Below, one piece after another: positions 48,492 to 60,762 of a stretch of DNA of 64,000 bases; position 1 is the stretch's first letter; each line of letters begins with the position of its first letter. Below the pieces are notes generated by a model that saw only the letters and a list, made by a program, of their open reading frames with translations, did not search any database and was not told where the DNA came from. The position numbers and the translations under genes were made by a program. The stretch is from contig AP026147.1 in the NCBI GenBank assembly GCA_030295235.1, positions 496,001-560,000 of the forward strand, read 5' to 3'. The stretch is from Fistulifera solaris. Its lineage: Eukaryota.

Positions 48492-49940
48492 TCAGAATGT
48501 GGACGACTGGCTATTTGTTGAGCACTCACTATTGGAAGCCGCCCCAAGATGTATTTCACTTGGAGGACCAGCTTTGACGTCGATTGGCAGCAGAACGCAG
48601 CTGAAGAAACGCGGGCATCCTTGAGCAGACCGTACGAGTGATATACTTAGCCGAACCTGTTGTGTCCAAAGCAACAGTTAGCAAAATATAAATAAAAGAC
48701 CACATTCGCGTTCGGCGTGCAATTCAAACACTTACCGACCGCCCTTCCCGCTTTGAGAACTCAACAATGTCAGTCCACGTGTCTTCATTTTCACAAAATG
48801 GCTCTGAATGCGATTTCATGGGACGACGTAGCATCTCGCTCATTGCTTCAAACATGCTTTCCATATCCTCACGTCTTACAATGTTGAATATCGACATGTT
48901 ACGTTGTTCGACGCTTTGACGTTTATCCTCACCAGACCCGGGCAGCGGAGCAAGAAGTTGCTTACTCGAGTAACCTGTATAATTCACAAACTTCGGATTC
49001 ACTTTCAAAAACCGGCCATCGACGTTTGCAACGCAACAAGCAAAGGAGCACTGCTCGAACACGAGCTCAAACTCAGTGCCCGCTACAAATGCGTTACCAG
49101 TTCTTTCCGAACCTTGTTCCGTGTAAGGTGTCAGCACGTGACTTTCCATACCGTTGGAAGCAGCGGGAATGTATCCACCTTGCATGGCTTGAGAAGTGCT
49201 CACGAGCGTTTTCAAAAGACTTTTGTGTTCGGAATCGAGACACGTTGTTCGTTGATGCAATTCATTGATGTATCGCTCTACCGACACCAAAGTCGAGAAC
49301 TTGTCGCTTTTGTGCTCCACACTGGCTTCTTCCAAGATTTCATGCAGCGCTGAAATCTGGGAAGCAATTTGCTTCGATCGCTCCTTCTCACGCATGTTAC
49401 GATCTATTCGACGTTTCTTACGATCACCTTCGTCTTCCGAAATAGCAGCACTGGATATTTTCTCCAAACTCGTGCTCGATTGAACTTTTGCTGCACGTGT
49501 TCGTTTCTTTGCAGTACTAGCTCGAGCTGTATTACCATCTTCGGAAGCACTCGCAGCTCCTGATGCGAACCCCATCCTTTCGCTATCTCACCAATCTGCA
49601 TATTTCCTGACTGAGATGCATTTCCATATCTTTGATTGTATATGAATTCAGGCAAGATGGCTGGTAAACTCGAGACATTCGGGAACTGATCCTTCGAAGG
49701 GAAAAGCTGTCCTTTTGAAGAAGTAGGTTCGGTCCCTTGAGCCAAGTTGTTTCGCGCTATGGATCGATTCGCCGGTGACTGAAGAGTGATACCTGAACTG
49801 ACACCATGCAGCGGATCACTTCCATCAGAGTCCCCTTCCAACAGCGCATCAAGTGTCGCCTTGAACTCATCGTTCATAGATGAATCATCGCTAGACCCAC
49901 GTAGGGTTTGTACGGAGTCAGGATTTACCGATCTGTCCAT
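48492..49940 (-). CDS. bHLH-PAS transcription factor (paralog B)
   Basis: RRIDRNMREKERSKQIASQISALHEIL...DKFSTLVSVERYINEL; PAS VANVDGRFLKVNPKF. Intron 48735-48657; frameshift near 49575 joins ORFs 49940 and 49575. Confidence 0.83.
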
Positions 49941-51152
49941 TGTTGAAACGAATCAATCAACTACGAAAGCACACGCTATTTAAATTACTTGCGATTACGG
50001 ATTGTTGTTTCTCGTTTTAAAAATCAAAAGATAAGAATGATGTTGTTGTGAATAGAAAAGGCAGTTTGCACGTGAATGTTTGCTTGCAGCACACGCAAGC
50101 GAGGAGCAGCAGCAGCAACTCGTCCTTTCTCGTAATCATTGCACGTTGCCATGGTACGAAGAAAGACAGAGACGCCCCGTACAATAAGTACTGCATTCCT
50201 ACGCAGACCAAAGTCATTCTTTGTCTGGCCAGCCGGCAGCTGTCCGACAACATTTCTTAGGCCTTGATAGTAATTTAGTACATTCGCTGCAGTAGTGCTG
50301 GCCACGTCAGCTCCCAGATTGAACGTTGATGTTTTGAGGATTTCTGAAGTCGAGGTATCTGATTGGCCAAGACTGGCCAATCCCATCTGCTGCACCGACA
50401 GTGCCTTTTTGCAATTGTACACTGTTTCTTCTTACTACGCTCACATTAAATGAAGCACGATCTCACCACCAAAAAGGTGGGAGAGATTTCGATCAATGCT
50501 CTTCCCTGCTGATACTCATAGCTCCGAGTAGACTATATTACCGGAGTATATATCTTTCCATTTCTTTGTAAAACTATCGTTTTACAATAAGGCGCGGTAT
50601 CCGTGTTTGTCAATTAGCGTAACACTGGCCCCGAATGTCTTGATCAAGAGATGAACGCTATCCCCGGGGACCGAGCCCCCGGGTTCGGGGAGGGCGAGAA
50701 GAAAAGTAATGCTACTCGCAGGGGCTAGAGGTCGAAGGCGGCTACCAGCGGCTATCAGTACGATAAAGGAAAGTAGGGTGTCTTTAGTAGTAAACGACCC
50801 AAGATTTCAGAAATTCCGTCAGCCTGAAAATAACGACAACCGTATTCACTATCGCCAAAAATGTAGTCTCATTTTTCCACGACTGCTATTCAGTCATGAA
50901 TCAAGCTCAGGCCGCTCGGTCGGCAAATTTTTGTTGTCGTTGTTGCATGAGTAAATGGTGAACCCGGTTGTTGCAATAAAAAAACTCCGGTAGTCTAGTC
51001 CTTATAAGCGTTATCATTACATCCCTTGATATTTTACGTCGAAAAGCCTTGCGCAACCTTGTCTAACCTTGTTTCTCCTACTATTACCCATTTTGGCCTC
51101 TTTGCTGTAAACAAAATGTGCTAGAGATTCTACGAAAAGATCGTGCGACACG

Positions 51153-52166
51153 ATGAGGATCTTACTGCTGTTCCTGGTGAGAAGTGTTTTTAACTGCGGG
51201 TTGACGAAAGCAGATGACAGTTTCTCCATCGGAGGTTACCTTCCTGACTATCGCTTCTACATCAACGTTAACGATACAGCCACGAAGCTATCCGATTTGG
51301 TTCTATTTTCGTTGCAACCGAGTAAGAATGGAGTCGATTTTCCGTGCTGCTTAGACAATCATCATTATGATATTGCGCGTCAAGCTGTAGCGCATAAAAG
51401 AACCATCAATGACGAAGATTTGCGATTGTGGATAACTGTTGGTGGCGGAGGAAGATCGACAGAATTTTTGAAGGCAACAGAGAGTGACGCCTTTCTTCAA
51501 TCGATCCAACAACTGGCCACATCGAACATGATTACAGGTATTGACCTAGACTGCGAATATTTTACTTCGCAGGCCGACTATCAAAAGTATCTGATATGGC
51601 TAGACCGTGTCATCCCGAAATTGCAGCAGCGTAACCTCAAGGTGAGCGTCGCACTACACGCGGGAATGTTCTTGACGGCTTCTATTTACGAAAAAGTGGA
51701 CCGCATTCATTTGATGACCTACGATATGATGTACGATCGCACTAGTGTGGCACATCGACCGGAGGATCATTATCATGCCGATATGTACCAAACCGACCAA
51801 GCTGTTCAAAAACTAGTGAAATCTGGATGTCCCAGAGCAAAGATTATTCTCGGTATCCCGGCGTATGCACGCCACTACCAAAATCCTGGAATGGTTAAGA
51901 CATTTGCCGAATTAGTGGACGAGATAATGTCGGAAGAGACAGACCGAGCTATCTCAGTGCTGAAGGAATGGAAGGGTTATCGTGGCGACTTTCCAATATC
52001 TGCGGCGAGAAAGGTCGACTATGCCCGACAACAACAGCTTGGCGGCGTTTTCCTTTGGGAACTCGGTCAAGATAAACAAGTAGATGGTAACGGAGGGTAT
52101 TTGCTGGAAACAATTTCAGCAGCAGCATCAAACACTGGCGTGCTTAACAATAAGGAAGAGTTGTGA
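51153..52166 (+). CDS. GH18 chitinase-like glycoside hydrolase, signal peptide
   Basis: GGYLPDY, TVGGGG, GIDLDCEY (DxDxE), LMTYD, KIILGIPAYAR and GGVFLWELGQD; ends KEEL. Confidence 0.9.
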   Translation: MRILLLFLVRSVFNCGLTKADDSFSIGGYLPDYRFYINVNDTATKLSDLVLFSLQPSKNGVDFPCCLDNHHYDIARQAVAHKRTINDEDLRLWITVGGGGRSTEFLKATESDAFLQSIQQLATSNMITGIDLDCEYFTSQADYQKYLIWLDRVIPKLQQRNLKVSVALHAGMFLTASIYEKVDRIHLMTYDMMYDRTSVAHRPEDHYHADMYQTDQAVQKLVKSGCPRAKIILGIPAYARHYQNPGMVKTFAELVDEIMSEETDRAISVLKEWKGYRGDFPISAARKVDYARQQQLGGVFLWELGQDKQVDGNGGYLLETISAAASNTGVLNNKEEL

Positions 52167-52233
52167 TGCAACTGCTACGGAAGTCAGAGAACTAAAAGAA
52201 ATGAATTTAATTTATAAATACAACTAAGGAAAG

Positions 52234-53343
52234 CTATACAATTTGAGAGACAACTTGCTCCTGTTCGTAATTGACATAGCCACAATCGATTTCCGATATA
52301 GATTTTGCGGACGAAAGTGCCAATACCTCGTATGGCGTTACTAACATGGTCCAAATGGAAGCATCCTGCGGTGCTTTCGTCCACCCCGCTTTCCATACCG
52401 ATAAACAGAATAATATAACCACCACACACTCGACACAACCATAATAAAAAGGCACTGCCATCGCGGATGCTAACTGCTCTCCTTGAAACATAGTTAAAGC
52501 CACAGACGCGCCTACACCCGTGTTTTGTATACAGCATTCTAAACATACCGACACACGCTCGGGTCTGGGTAACGCCAACAACGTTGAGAGTAAAACTGCC
52601 ACAGTTAAACCCAAAAGACACGGCAGAGCCACTGCCACATAAAACGATGGTTCACGCTGCCATAACCGCGATCCTGGTTCCGAATTCGACAGTACGGCGG
52701 TAAACAGCACGAGACACAAACCCGCCGTATTTCCGATCCGATTGGTGTAAAAATGAAACCGAGTGGTGGCAAAGCGACGCGATGCTGCCAATCCCGTGGT
52801 AATGGCTAGAATGACCAGAAACAAGGTCCAGAAAATGGCCGACCATTCCACTACCACCTGGTCCTCGTGAAAGACCAGGCGAGCGTAGATGAATAGATTG
52901 AGCGGCAAAGCAAAGACGGAAAGGAGTGTCGAAATGGCTGTCATGGCGACTACCGAATGTAAGTTGTGAGCCATGTGTCATTTGAGTGAGGGTTTTGGCA
53001 GCTCGGATTTGCACCAGTTGTTTTACTAACCTGACAGAGCCAAGTCCCCATTGAAGAGACTACAAAAGAAGTTACTGAATGAGCCTCCGGGAGAACTGCA
53101 CAGTACGAGCAATATCAGCGAGACTTCATGAGGCAATTGCATAACCCGTACAACCGTAAATCCCAGAAAGGGCATAACAAGGAATTGTAAAGCTAATCCG
53201 GTCAGAATGGCCTTTTGGTTGTGTAGCTGATGCTGCAATGCATCGAAATCGACTGAAGCGGACATGTTCCACACGAGGCAGAACAGTAAGAGGGAACCGC
53301 ACAATTCAATCCAAACATTGCTGTTAATATTGAATTCGTTCAT
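52234..53343 (-). CDS. Bile acid:sodium symporter (SLC10/BASS) family
   Basis: QFLVMPFLGF, SSPGGSFSN...GDLALS|VAMT and ECCIQNTG. Intron 53030-52950. Confidence 0.9.
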
Positions 53344-53825
53344 TGTTGCATTCAACAATGATTGACTTTCAAACGTCGTCCTTCGAATGAATGCGGTCGA
53401 TCGATCTTTTCTTTTTCGCCTTCTGCCTATTCTGCGGGTCGTCGCGTCGTCGCATGCAAGCATCGCAGTCGTACTTTTGGTCACAATGTAAATTATTTCC
53501 GTTGTGGCTCCCAACGTACCGATCATCCAGTTCTCGGAAGTACAAAAATGATTGGGGCGTTAACTTGTTCTAAATCTAATGCAATTTTGAAAGCTGAGTA
53601 TGACCTCAAATGTACGTACCTTAGCGGTATTCATTGGTTTTACGTGCAAACTCCAACCCTTGTGAAGAGTTATTTGCTGCCAACGGTGAACGCGCGGATC
53701 GACCTCGCACAAAATGAACGATGAACGAGGAGGATAAAAAGGTTGAACAACAAAAAGCAAGAACTAGACCCAACTTGTTAGTATATTATTGCCTGCAACT
53801 ATCATTTACAACATAACAATTCACA

Positions 53826-55068
53826 ATGGAAATCAAGTACGAGTGGTGGGAATACTTCATGATACCATGGGTCGCGGGATTTGTGGGATATGTGACGAAT
53901 GTTTTGGCTCTCGAAATGACCTTTTATCCGCTCGAATTTCGAGGCATTCAACTATTTCGCATCAAAAAATGAACCGTGGGGCTTGTTTGGATGGCAAGGG
54001 ATTATTCCTACCAAAGCAGAAAAGATGGCGTCCACCTGCTTTGATTTATTTACGCAAAAATTGTTCAGCATTGAGGAAATATTTTCGCGATTGGACCCCG
54101 TTCGTTTCAGTCAAGTCATGGAAGATAGCGTTCTCCTGTTAATGGATAAAGTCATTAACCAAGTCGCTGAAGAGCACATGCCTTCTTTGTGGAACAAACT
54201 CCCCAAGGAAGTGAAAGATGATATTATTGTGACGGCCGATACCGAAAACGCCGCCTTCCTGGCCGGATTTATGAAAGACATGCAGGAACACGTCATGGAT
54301 GTGGTTAATATCAAACACTTGGCGGTCACCGCGTGCGTCGAAAACAAAGATTTGATTGTTAAAGTCTTTCAAGAGTGTGGAGAAAAAGAATTTGTTTTTA
54401 TTCGGCAATCTGGATTCTATTTCGGATTTTTATTCGGTATACTGCAGATGGGAGTTTGGTTCTTTTACGACGCCAGCTGGATATTACCGACTGCGGGCTT
54501 CATTGTGGGCTGGTTTACAAATTATCTGGCATTAAAGTGCATCTTTCGTCCATTGTACCCACGAAAGTTTATGGGTTATACGATTCATGGAATCTTTCTG
54601 CAACGACAGTCCGAAGTATCGGAAGTGTTTGCTCGTGTGATCATGACGGAAATATTACACGTCAAAGCAATATGGGACGCCATCTTCATGGGTCCATTGT
54701 CGGTCAATTTCAACGCTATGTTACGCGCCCATACGCTGGTATTCGTAGAGAAACTAGTGGCCGAGATCAAACCATTGGCCATAGCCGCCATGGGTGCCGA
54801 TCAATTTGCTCGCATGAAAGAAGACATTGCCCAGAAAGTAATAGAAAACTTGCCCCATATCATCGACAATTCGTACGAGTACACACAAGAAGCCTTGAAT
54901 ATGGAAGAAACCGTAAGAATACGAATGCAGAAGCTCACTCCTGCCGAGTTTGAAGGTGTGCTCCATCCTGCCTTTGAAGAAGATGAAATTCAACTGATTC
55001 TACTGGGTGGTATTCTCGGTGCTATTGTCGGAGTTATACAGCTGTATGCTGTTTTCGCTACAGACTAA
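53826..55068 (+). CDS. DUF445-like membrane protein
   Basis: IPWVAGFVGYVTNVLAL..TFYP, GWQGIIP, GWFTNYLALKCIFRP and FEGVLHPAFEEDE. An extra A at 53964-53969 splits the N-terminus. Confidence 0.75.
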
Positions 55069-55138
55069 TAAAGTAGTGGGTGTAGATTTACAATGAATAA
55101 GACCTAATTTCTATCTAATAGCTATCAATTAATCGCAT

Positions 55139-56205
55139 TTAATAAAGCGCTCGAACACCCGTCTCATCGTATTGCTCACCCGGCATTCGGATCACGTTAC
55201 CGTCATCATCAATGTATTGACTTTTCTTCTGGAGCACAAAACGTTCGAAAAACTTGGTCAGAATGCGGTCCGTCGTCAAAAAGTCCACACTGCTACCATT
55301 TTCCTTGGCCGCCAAGATCTTGGGTACCAAATCGGCGGCCACCTCTTCAGGCTGCGCCGCCAGCACTCAAAAGGAAACTTTCGCAATTCCGGCGTCGAGT
55401 CGTCCAACAACAGCTTTGTAAACACCATACCGGGCGATAGGTTGTGTACCATGATCTTTCCGGGTGTTTCCTTCTTAGGGTAACCTTGTATTCCCTCTTC
55501 CAACTCTTTCACCAAACTAGCTGTTAGTTGCGGCAAGCCTCGCTTGGTTGCACCATAGCACGCGTAACCCGGCGTTCCACCACCTTTCACGCCACTGTGT
55601 CATTACGAATCGAATATTATGAGATATCCAGTCCGTTTGGTAACGACAACATGTGTATCTTCGAGAACTTACCTTCCGACTGTATTGAAAATGTGACCCG
55701 TCACACCGGCTTGTTGCTCCATAATCGACATGGCTACTTTGGTGCAAAGAAGAATACCCAGCAAATTCACCTTGACGACCAGTTCGACTTGCGAAACCGG
55801 CACATCACGCAATTCACGACGTCCACCGTTTACCCCGGCATTATTGATCCAATATCCGATAGTTCCTAGTTTCGATTTAGCAAACTCACCCAATTTCTCT
55901 ACTTCCTTACTGTCCGAAACATCACATTTCGTGTGAAAGACTTTGCCATTGGGATGACGACGGGCCAAAGCATCGGCGGCCATCTTGCAATCTCGAACAT
56001 CGCAAATGACGACATCGTAACCTCGATCCATGAATTCTCCCGCATACGCAAAACCGACTCCGCCGGCGGCTCCGGTAATGACAACTCCTCCATCCGGCAT
56101 GGCCATGTGTAGCGACGACGTGTGACGCATCGAAGCGGCACCGCCATTTGGAGCAAATGCGTGCGATGAAGCAATCAAGACGGACAAAAAGACGAACAGC
56201 TTCAT
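55139..56205 (-). CDS. Putatively plastid-targeted SDR, chlorophyll(ide) b reductase NOL/NYC1-like
   Basis: SHA-FAP presequence; TGAAGGVG, WINNAG, GHIFN, TPGYACYGATKRGL and VHNLSPGMV. Intron 55672-55595; single-base slip near 55368. Confidence 0.8.
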
Positions 56206-57110
56206 GTCAAAACTATAGCCTCTAGAGTAGATGGTCTCCTGTTAACTGCAATTTGATATCTGAGGTAGTCAATAGATATCTCTTTCTGTTCATCGAGCAG
56301 TCGGCATTTCGGACGCATCAGGGGCGCGGAAAATTTTGTGCGCATGATTTTTGTGAGCGTTTTCGAGAGGCAAGTTCAACTTGACGAGCGACAGACAGAA
56401 TGCAAAATGGTTTCATTCACGAACCAGACGAACATGAATGGCGGCATCGACTCTTTGACAAAGTTATAAACAGCATTCGAGCTCAATGCATAGTGAGTTG
56501 CGACGAGCGGATGATTAGAAAAAGGATGATTGTCAAAATGCCGGTAAACGTTATAAGCTAGACAAATCAAACTCATGACTGCATTGCAGTCGTGAAGAAA
56601 AAGTCGTATACATTCTGGATATATAGTAAATAGGTCATCGAGCGATCCGCGTGTCTTTTGATGTGATGAGCAACAATGAAGTCGGTTCCTCCGTTCCCAT
56701 TTTCTTGGTTAAGAACTGAAAACGCTCATGCTTCATTAAAGTGTCAAAGATTGGTCGTTCTTGCTCAAACCAGGCTCCCCTTTAATTTCGCGCTCATGAC
56801 TGAAATTCAGTCGTTTCGACATTATTTAGTCTATATTATGTACATTATTAAATTAGGAAGCTGAGACGACTTGACTTCTCCTCCCTTAAAATAACCATGG
56901 GATACAGTAAAACTTCAGCGAAAGCCAACCAAATTTACACAATTAAATCAGTGTGTAGTTGCATCGTAAAGCGGCCAAAGGGTTAACACCTCATCTTCTC
57001 ACCTTCTTCGCGATGGGCAGAATTGATGTCGATTGGGAATCCTACATAATCGTCATAGACTCTGAAATTCACTCTCAATTTCTGTTAATGTATCACCGAC
57101 GCATCCCTCA

Positions 57111-58598
57111 TCATAACGAATCGGAAGAAGTTTCTTCTTTTGCCAGTATAGATGCAGACTCGACCGAGTCAATCACATCCTGCAATTCGTCCTTCCGTAA
57201 TTCCTCATTATGATTCATTACTCCTTCTTTCTTTGACATTGGATCGGAGGAAGGGTTACCGTACAACTTGAGATCCTGCATCAGCATCCGGAATTGGTTT
57301 GATTCTTCCTTCAACATGCATTCATCATCATTGTTGTGAACGGACGCGTCACGTGACCAAAACCACGGAACTTTGTTGTTGTTCAGTGCACCTACTTTTC
57401 TCGGTTCCACAGACGTTTCCTTGACTACGGAAACACGCAGTTCATCACACTGATCGTCGAACCAGAATCGATACGGTGCGGTGAGTCCCAACAACGTGAA
57501 AAACCAGAACCATGGAAGTGACACGAATTGCAACGCAATACGAGCGCGAAGGCTTTCGTCCAGTCGGTGCCGAATGGCCAAAAGACGAGGTTTGAATCCC
57601 GGTATTACAATGTTGGTCGCAAATTCCGCCATGCTGTCACTCTGACAATGTTCCGACACAAAGGCGGCTTGTTGTTTGAAATAGTCGCGTCGTGTCTTGC
57701 TATCCGACAAAACGAGCAGTTTACTCAATGTAATCTTGGACACGAGAGATGCCTCATTATAGGAACCCCTGGCTCGCTTCCAAACACTAGCCAAAGTCTT
57801 ATCGATGCAATCCTGATATTGATAGGTACCTATCGTAAAGTTGGTGACTTTCTTTCGTTTCATCCAAGAAGGTAAATCGCGTTGCGTTTCGACCATAGTG
57901 TCTGTAGAATTCACCACGAACGCTTGCTCCTCGCTATGCTGCTCCAGCGGAAAAGTTGCTGTCATATTCTGCAAGGCCCCGACTATTTTGGCCAGGGTAG
58001 GTGATATGATTTCGTAATGAAAGGATCGTACCTTCCATTCAACACGAGGTGCTACTTCACGTAATTGCTCTAAATAAGCTTCCAATTCTTCAGAACTCGC
58101 TATGCAATGAGTCAGATACTGTCGCGTGGTGCAGAAATACGATTCAATTCCGTACAAGAGTGCCATGGTCCATAAAAACCACGTGTCGAAGCGCGGCAAC
58201 AACAACAATGTCCACTTCATCACCCGCAAAACCTTGTTAGCTGCATCACTTACAGTCCACCGCTCCGCAAGTAAGCGTATGATTCCAATCCAAAGGATGG
58301 ACGACAAAATCGTAGCGCGGAGATGATGAAATTGCACCAGTGTACGGACTTTGGACCCCAACATCGCGGTCAAAGTATTTGAAATGCCTCCTTCCCAGAA
58401 AATCCTTCCGGTCTCTTTGTCAATTAACGCCGATTCACCCATGAGAAACGAAGCTGGCGATGTTGTCGCGGGAAGAGTCGTTTCGCTGGCCGACGATAAC
58501 GTGAAAAGCATGACGAGCATTACAAGGAGCGATGAGCGTGACATTCGTATCCTTCTTAGCAGCCGACCTGTCATTGTGATCCTCCTCGAATGTCTCAT
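57111..58598 (-). CDS. TMEM151-like membrane protein
   Basis: YLEQLRE.APRVEWKVRSFHY, KKVT, YQDCIDKT and WFWFFTLLGLTAPYRFW. Confidence 0.7.
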   Translation of the reverse strand: MRHSRRITMTGRLLRRIRMSRSSLLVMLVMLFTLSSASETTLPATTSPASFLMGESALIDKETGRIFWEGGISNTLTAMLGSKVRTLVQFHHLRATILSSILWIGIIRLLAERWTVSDAANKVLRVMKWTLLLLPRFDTWFLWTMALLYGIESYFCTTRQYLTHCIASSEELEAYLEQLREVAPRVEWKVRSFHYEIISPTLAKIVGALQNMTATFPLEQHSEEQAFVVNSTDTMVETQRDLPSWMKRKKVTNFTIGTYQYQDCIDKTLASVWKRARGSYNEASLVSKITLSKLLVLSDSKTRRDYFKQQAAFVSEHCQSDSMAEFATNIVIPGFKPRLLAIRHRLDESLRARIALQFVSLPWFWFFTLLGLTAPYRFWFDDQCDELRVSVVKETSVEPRKVGALNNNKVPWFWSRDASVHNNDDECMLKEESNQFRMLMQDLKLYGNPSSDPMSKKEGVMNHNEELRKDELQDVIDSVESASILAKEETSSDSL

Positions 58599-58699
58599 TG
58601 CATCTGTGGTTTTATTGTGTCTTTGTGTTTAATATAATGAAATTTGGAGAACAATGGAGACCATACGGATATTAGAATGATTTTGCAATTATCTTCATT

Positions 58700-59315
58700 C
58701 GAAACGCAACTATTTGCGTCCAAAAGCATCCGTATTGTCGATTGCCATTTTCACTATCGTGGTAAAGTGTTGGTTCTACGCGATCGCGACTAAATTTCAG
58801 TCACTATCAAAAGAAGAAAACGGCATTGAAACGCCACCAAAATGGTCCACAAACAAAAGCGCGAAGTGTATAATCAAATGCCATGGAAATATCAATATAC
58901 CAGGTATAATGAGAGCACCAAAGACGCAACTTTTTGCGTCCAAAAGCATCCGTATTGTCGATTGCCATTTTCACTATGATGGTAAAGTGTTGGTTCTATG
59001 CGTTCGCGACTAAATTTCAGTCACTATCAAAAGAAGAAAACGACATTGAAACGCCACCAAAATGGTCCACAAACAAAAGCGCGAAGTGTATAATCAAATG
59101 CCATGGAAATCCAAATATTCGAAACGCAACATTTACGCGTCGGAAAGCATCCGCGTCGGAAAGCATCCGTATCGTCGACTGCCATTTTCACTATGATGGT
59201 AAAGTGTTGGTTGTACGCGATCGCGACTCAATTTCAGTCACTTGAAACGCTACCCAAGACCGAAGCAATGCGAGCACCAAAGTTGTCCTAAAACAAAAGC
59301 GCGAAGTGTATAATG
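58700..59315. repeat. Tandem ~200-220-bp repeat, 3 copies, each carrying a GACTAAATTTCAGTC-like palindrome
   Basis: aaagcatccgtat.gtcga.tgccattttcactat..tggtaaagtgttggtt at ~58722, 58942 and 59160; aaacaaaagcgcgaagtgtataat three times. Confidence 0.93.
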
Positions 59316-59351
59316 GACGACAATAATACTCCGTTTATTTTAGCCATACCG

Positions 59352-59990
59352 ATTCCAGAATTTCTGGACCACAAAGAACAGAATTTCTGTATAACCCTTA
59401 AGACCAATGCCAGATTTTCTGAAAAAACGCAGATTTCCTGATTATCCCTATACCCCCTCACGTAGGATCTGTGTAGCCAGTACCAATCCCGAATTCCCGG
59501 GGGGCAAAACGCATTGATCATACACAGAATTTATGTTTGACCAAGAACTACAGTATTCCAGATTTTCTGGAATGTCCTCAGAATTTCTGAACGACCAAAA
59601 AAAGAACCATTTCAGATCATTTGAAACGTCCACAGATCTTATCATATACACATTACATCAATTCCAGAATTTCTGGAACCTGCAAAGATCTCCTGTATGG
59701 CCCAAACACCGATGGTCCAGAATTTCTGGACCAAGCACAGAATTTCTGTATGACCAAGAACAATTCCAGATTTTCTGGAATGTCCTCAAAATTTCTGAAG
59801 GACCAAAAAAAAGAACCATTCAAGATCATTTGGAACGTTCAAAGCTCCTTTCATGTACCATAAACCATAGCATCGATTCCAGAATCCCCTGAACCTGCAA
59901 AGATCTTCTGTATGACCCAAACACCGATGGTCCAGAATTTCTGGACCTCCATAGAATTTCTGTACCACCTAAAACAGAATTTCTGTATGT
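59352..59990. repeat. Degenerate array of (TT)CCAGAATTTCTG(GA) palindromes, same family as 40422-40790
   Basis: More than 10 cores (e.g. 59353, 59557, 59662, 59716, 59764, 59931); internal duplication of about 59540-59730 at about 59750-59960. Confidence 0.88.
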
Positions 59991-60762
59991 CAATAAAGAC
60001 ATGCGAGAGAGACGGCGATTATGGGCTGGTTACTTTTCAAAGGTCCCCTCGTTCAAATAGTACATAATTCTACGTAGGTACATTATAATGTCATAGTAGT
60101 ACGATTTTCCTTCGTCAAACGGCCACCACCGCAATAAAATCACGACGACCATGGCGAAATGTCATCTATGTGACTATACCTTTTGACAGCGACTTGCAAA
60201 CGTGGTGAAAACATGACACTGAAATCCAACATACATACTTAGGAGAGACTGTGAAAGTTTCACCACGTTTGGCGCAGCCATGACTGAGTTATCCGCTTTC
60301 AAGTCGATTTTCTGCGACCGACTAACGGCTTTTATTGTTTTACGCCACACTCTGGCCAATCTTGTTGATAAAAGAACACTTTTCGATCCGCCTAATCTTA
60401 TTTATTTGTTTTATGTAAGAATCATGTAAAACAAACTTCTTTTGATCAACCGGTGCCCCAACATGTTCAAAGTTGACTTCGGCGGCGTTTCGTCATGGTG
60501 GATCTTTTCGTTCCGACATGTTACTGTATGCTATAATGTAATCGTAGTAAACACGACAGGCCGTCCCTACGAGTAACCAGCCCTTACCTTAATCGATCCT
60601 GAAATTCAAACTCAGTTTTCCCTTGTCACAAGCTACACCGTTATCTTGAATCTGTGTTTTGGAGAAGACGCTCTAACAAAGAGGTGCGCCGCAATCCTGT
60701 ACATTAATAATCATCACCCAACGAAACAAGGTACAAGTAGAGTCAACGGATCTGTCATTATT

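Noticed and set aside
58714..59968. Short ORFs in the 58.7-60 kb region
   Set aside because: These are translations of tandem repeats with inconsistent frames.
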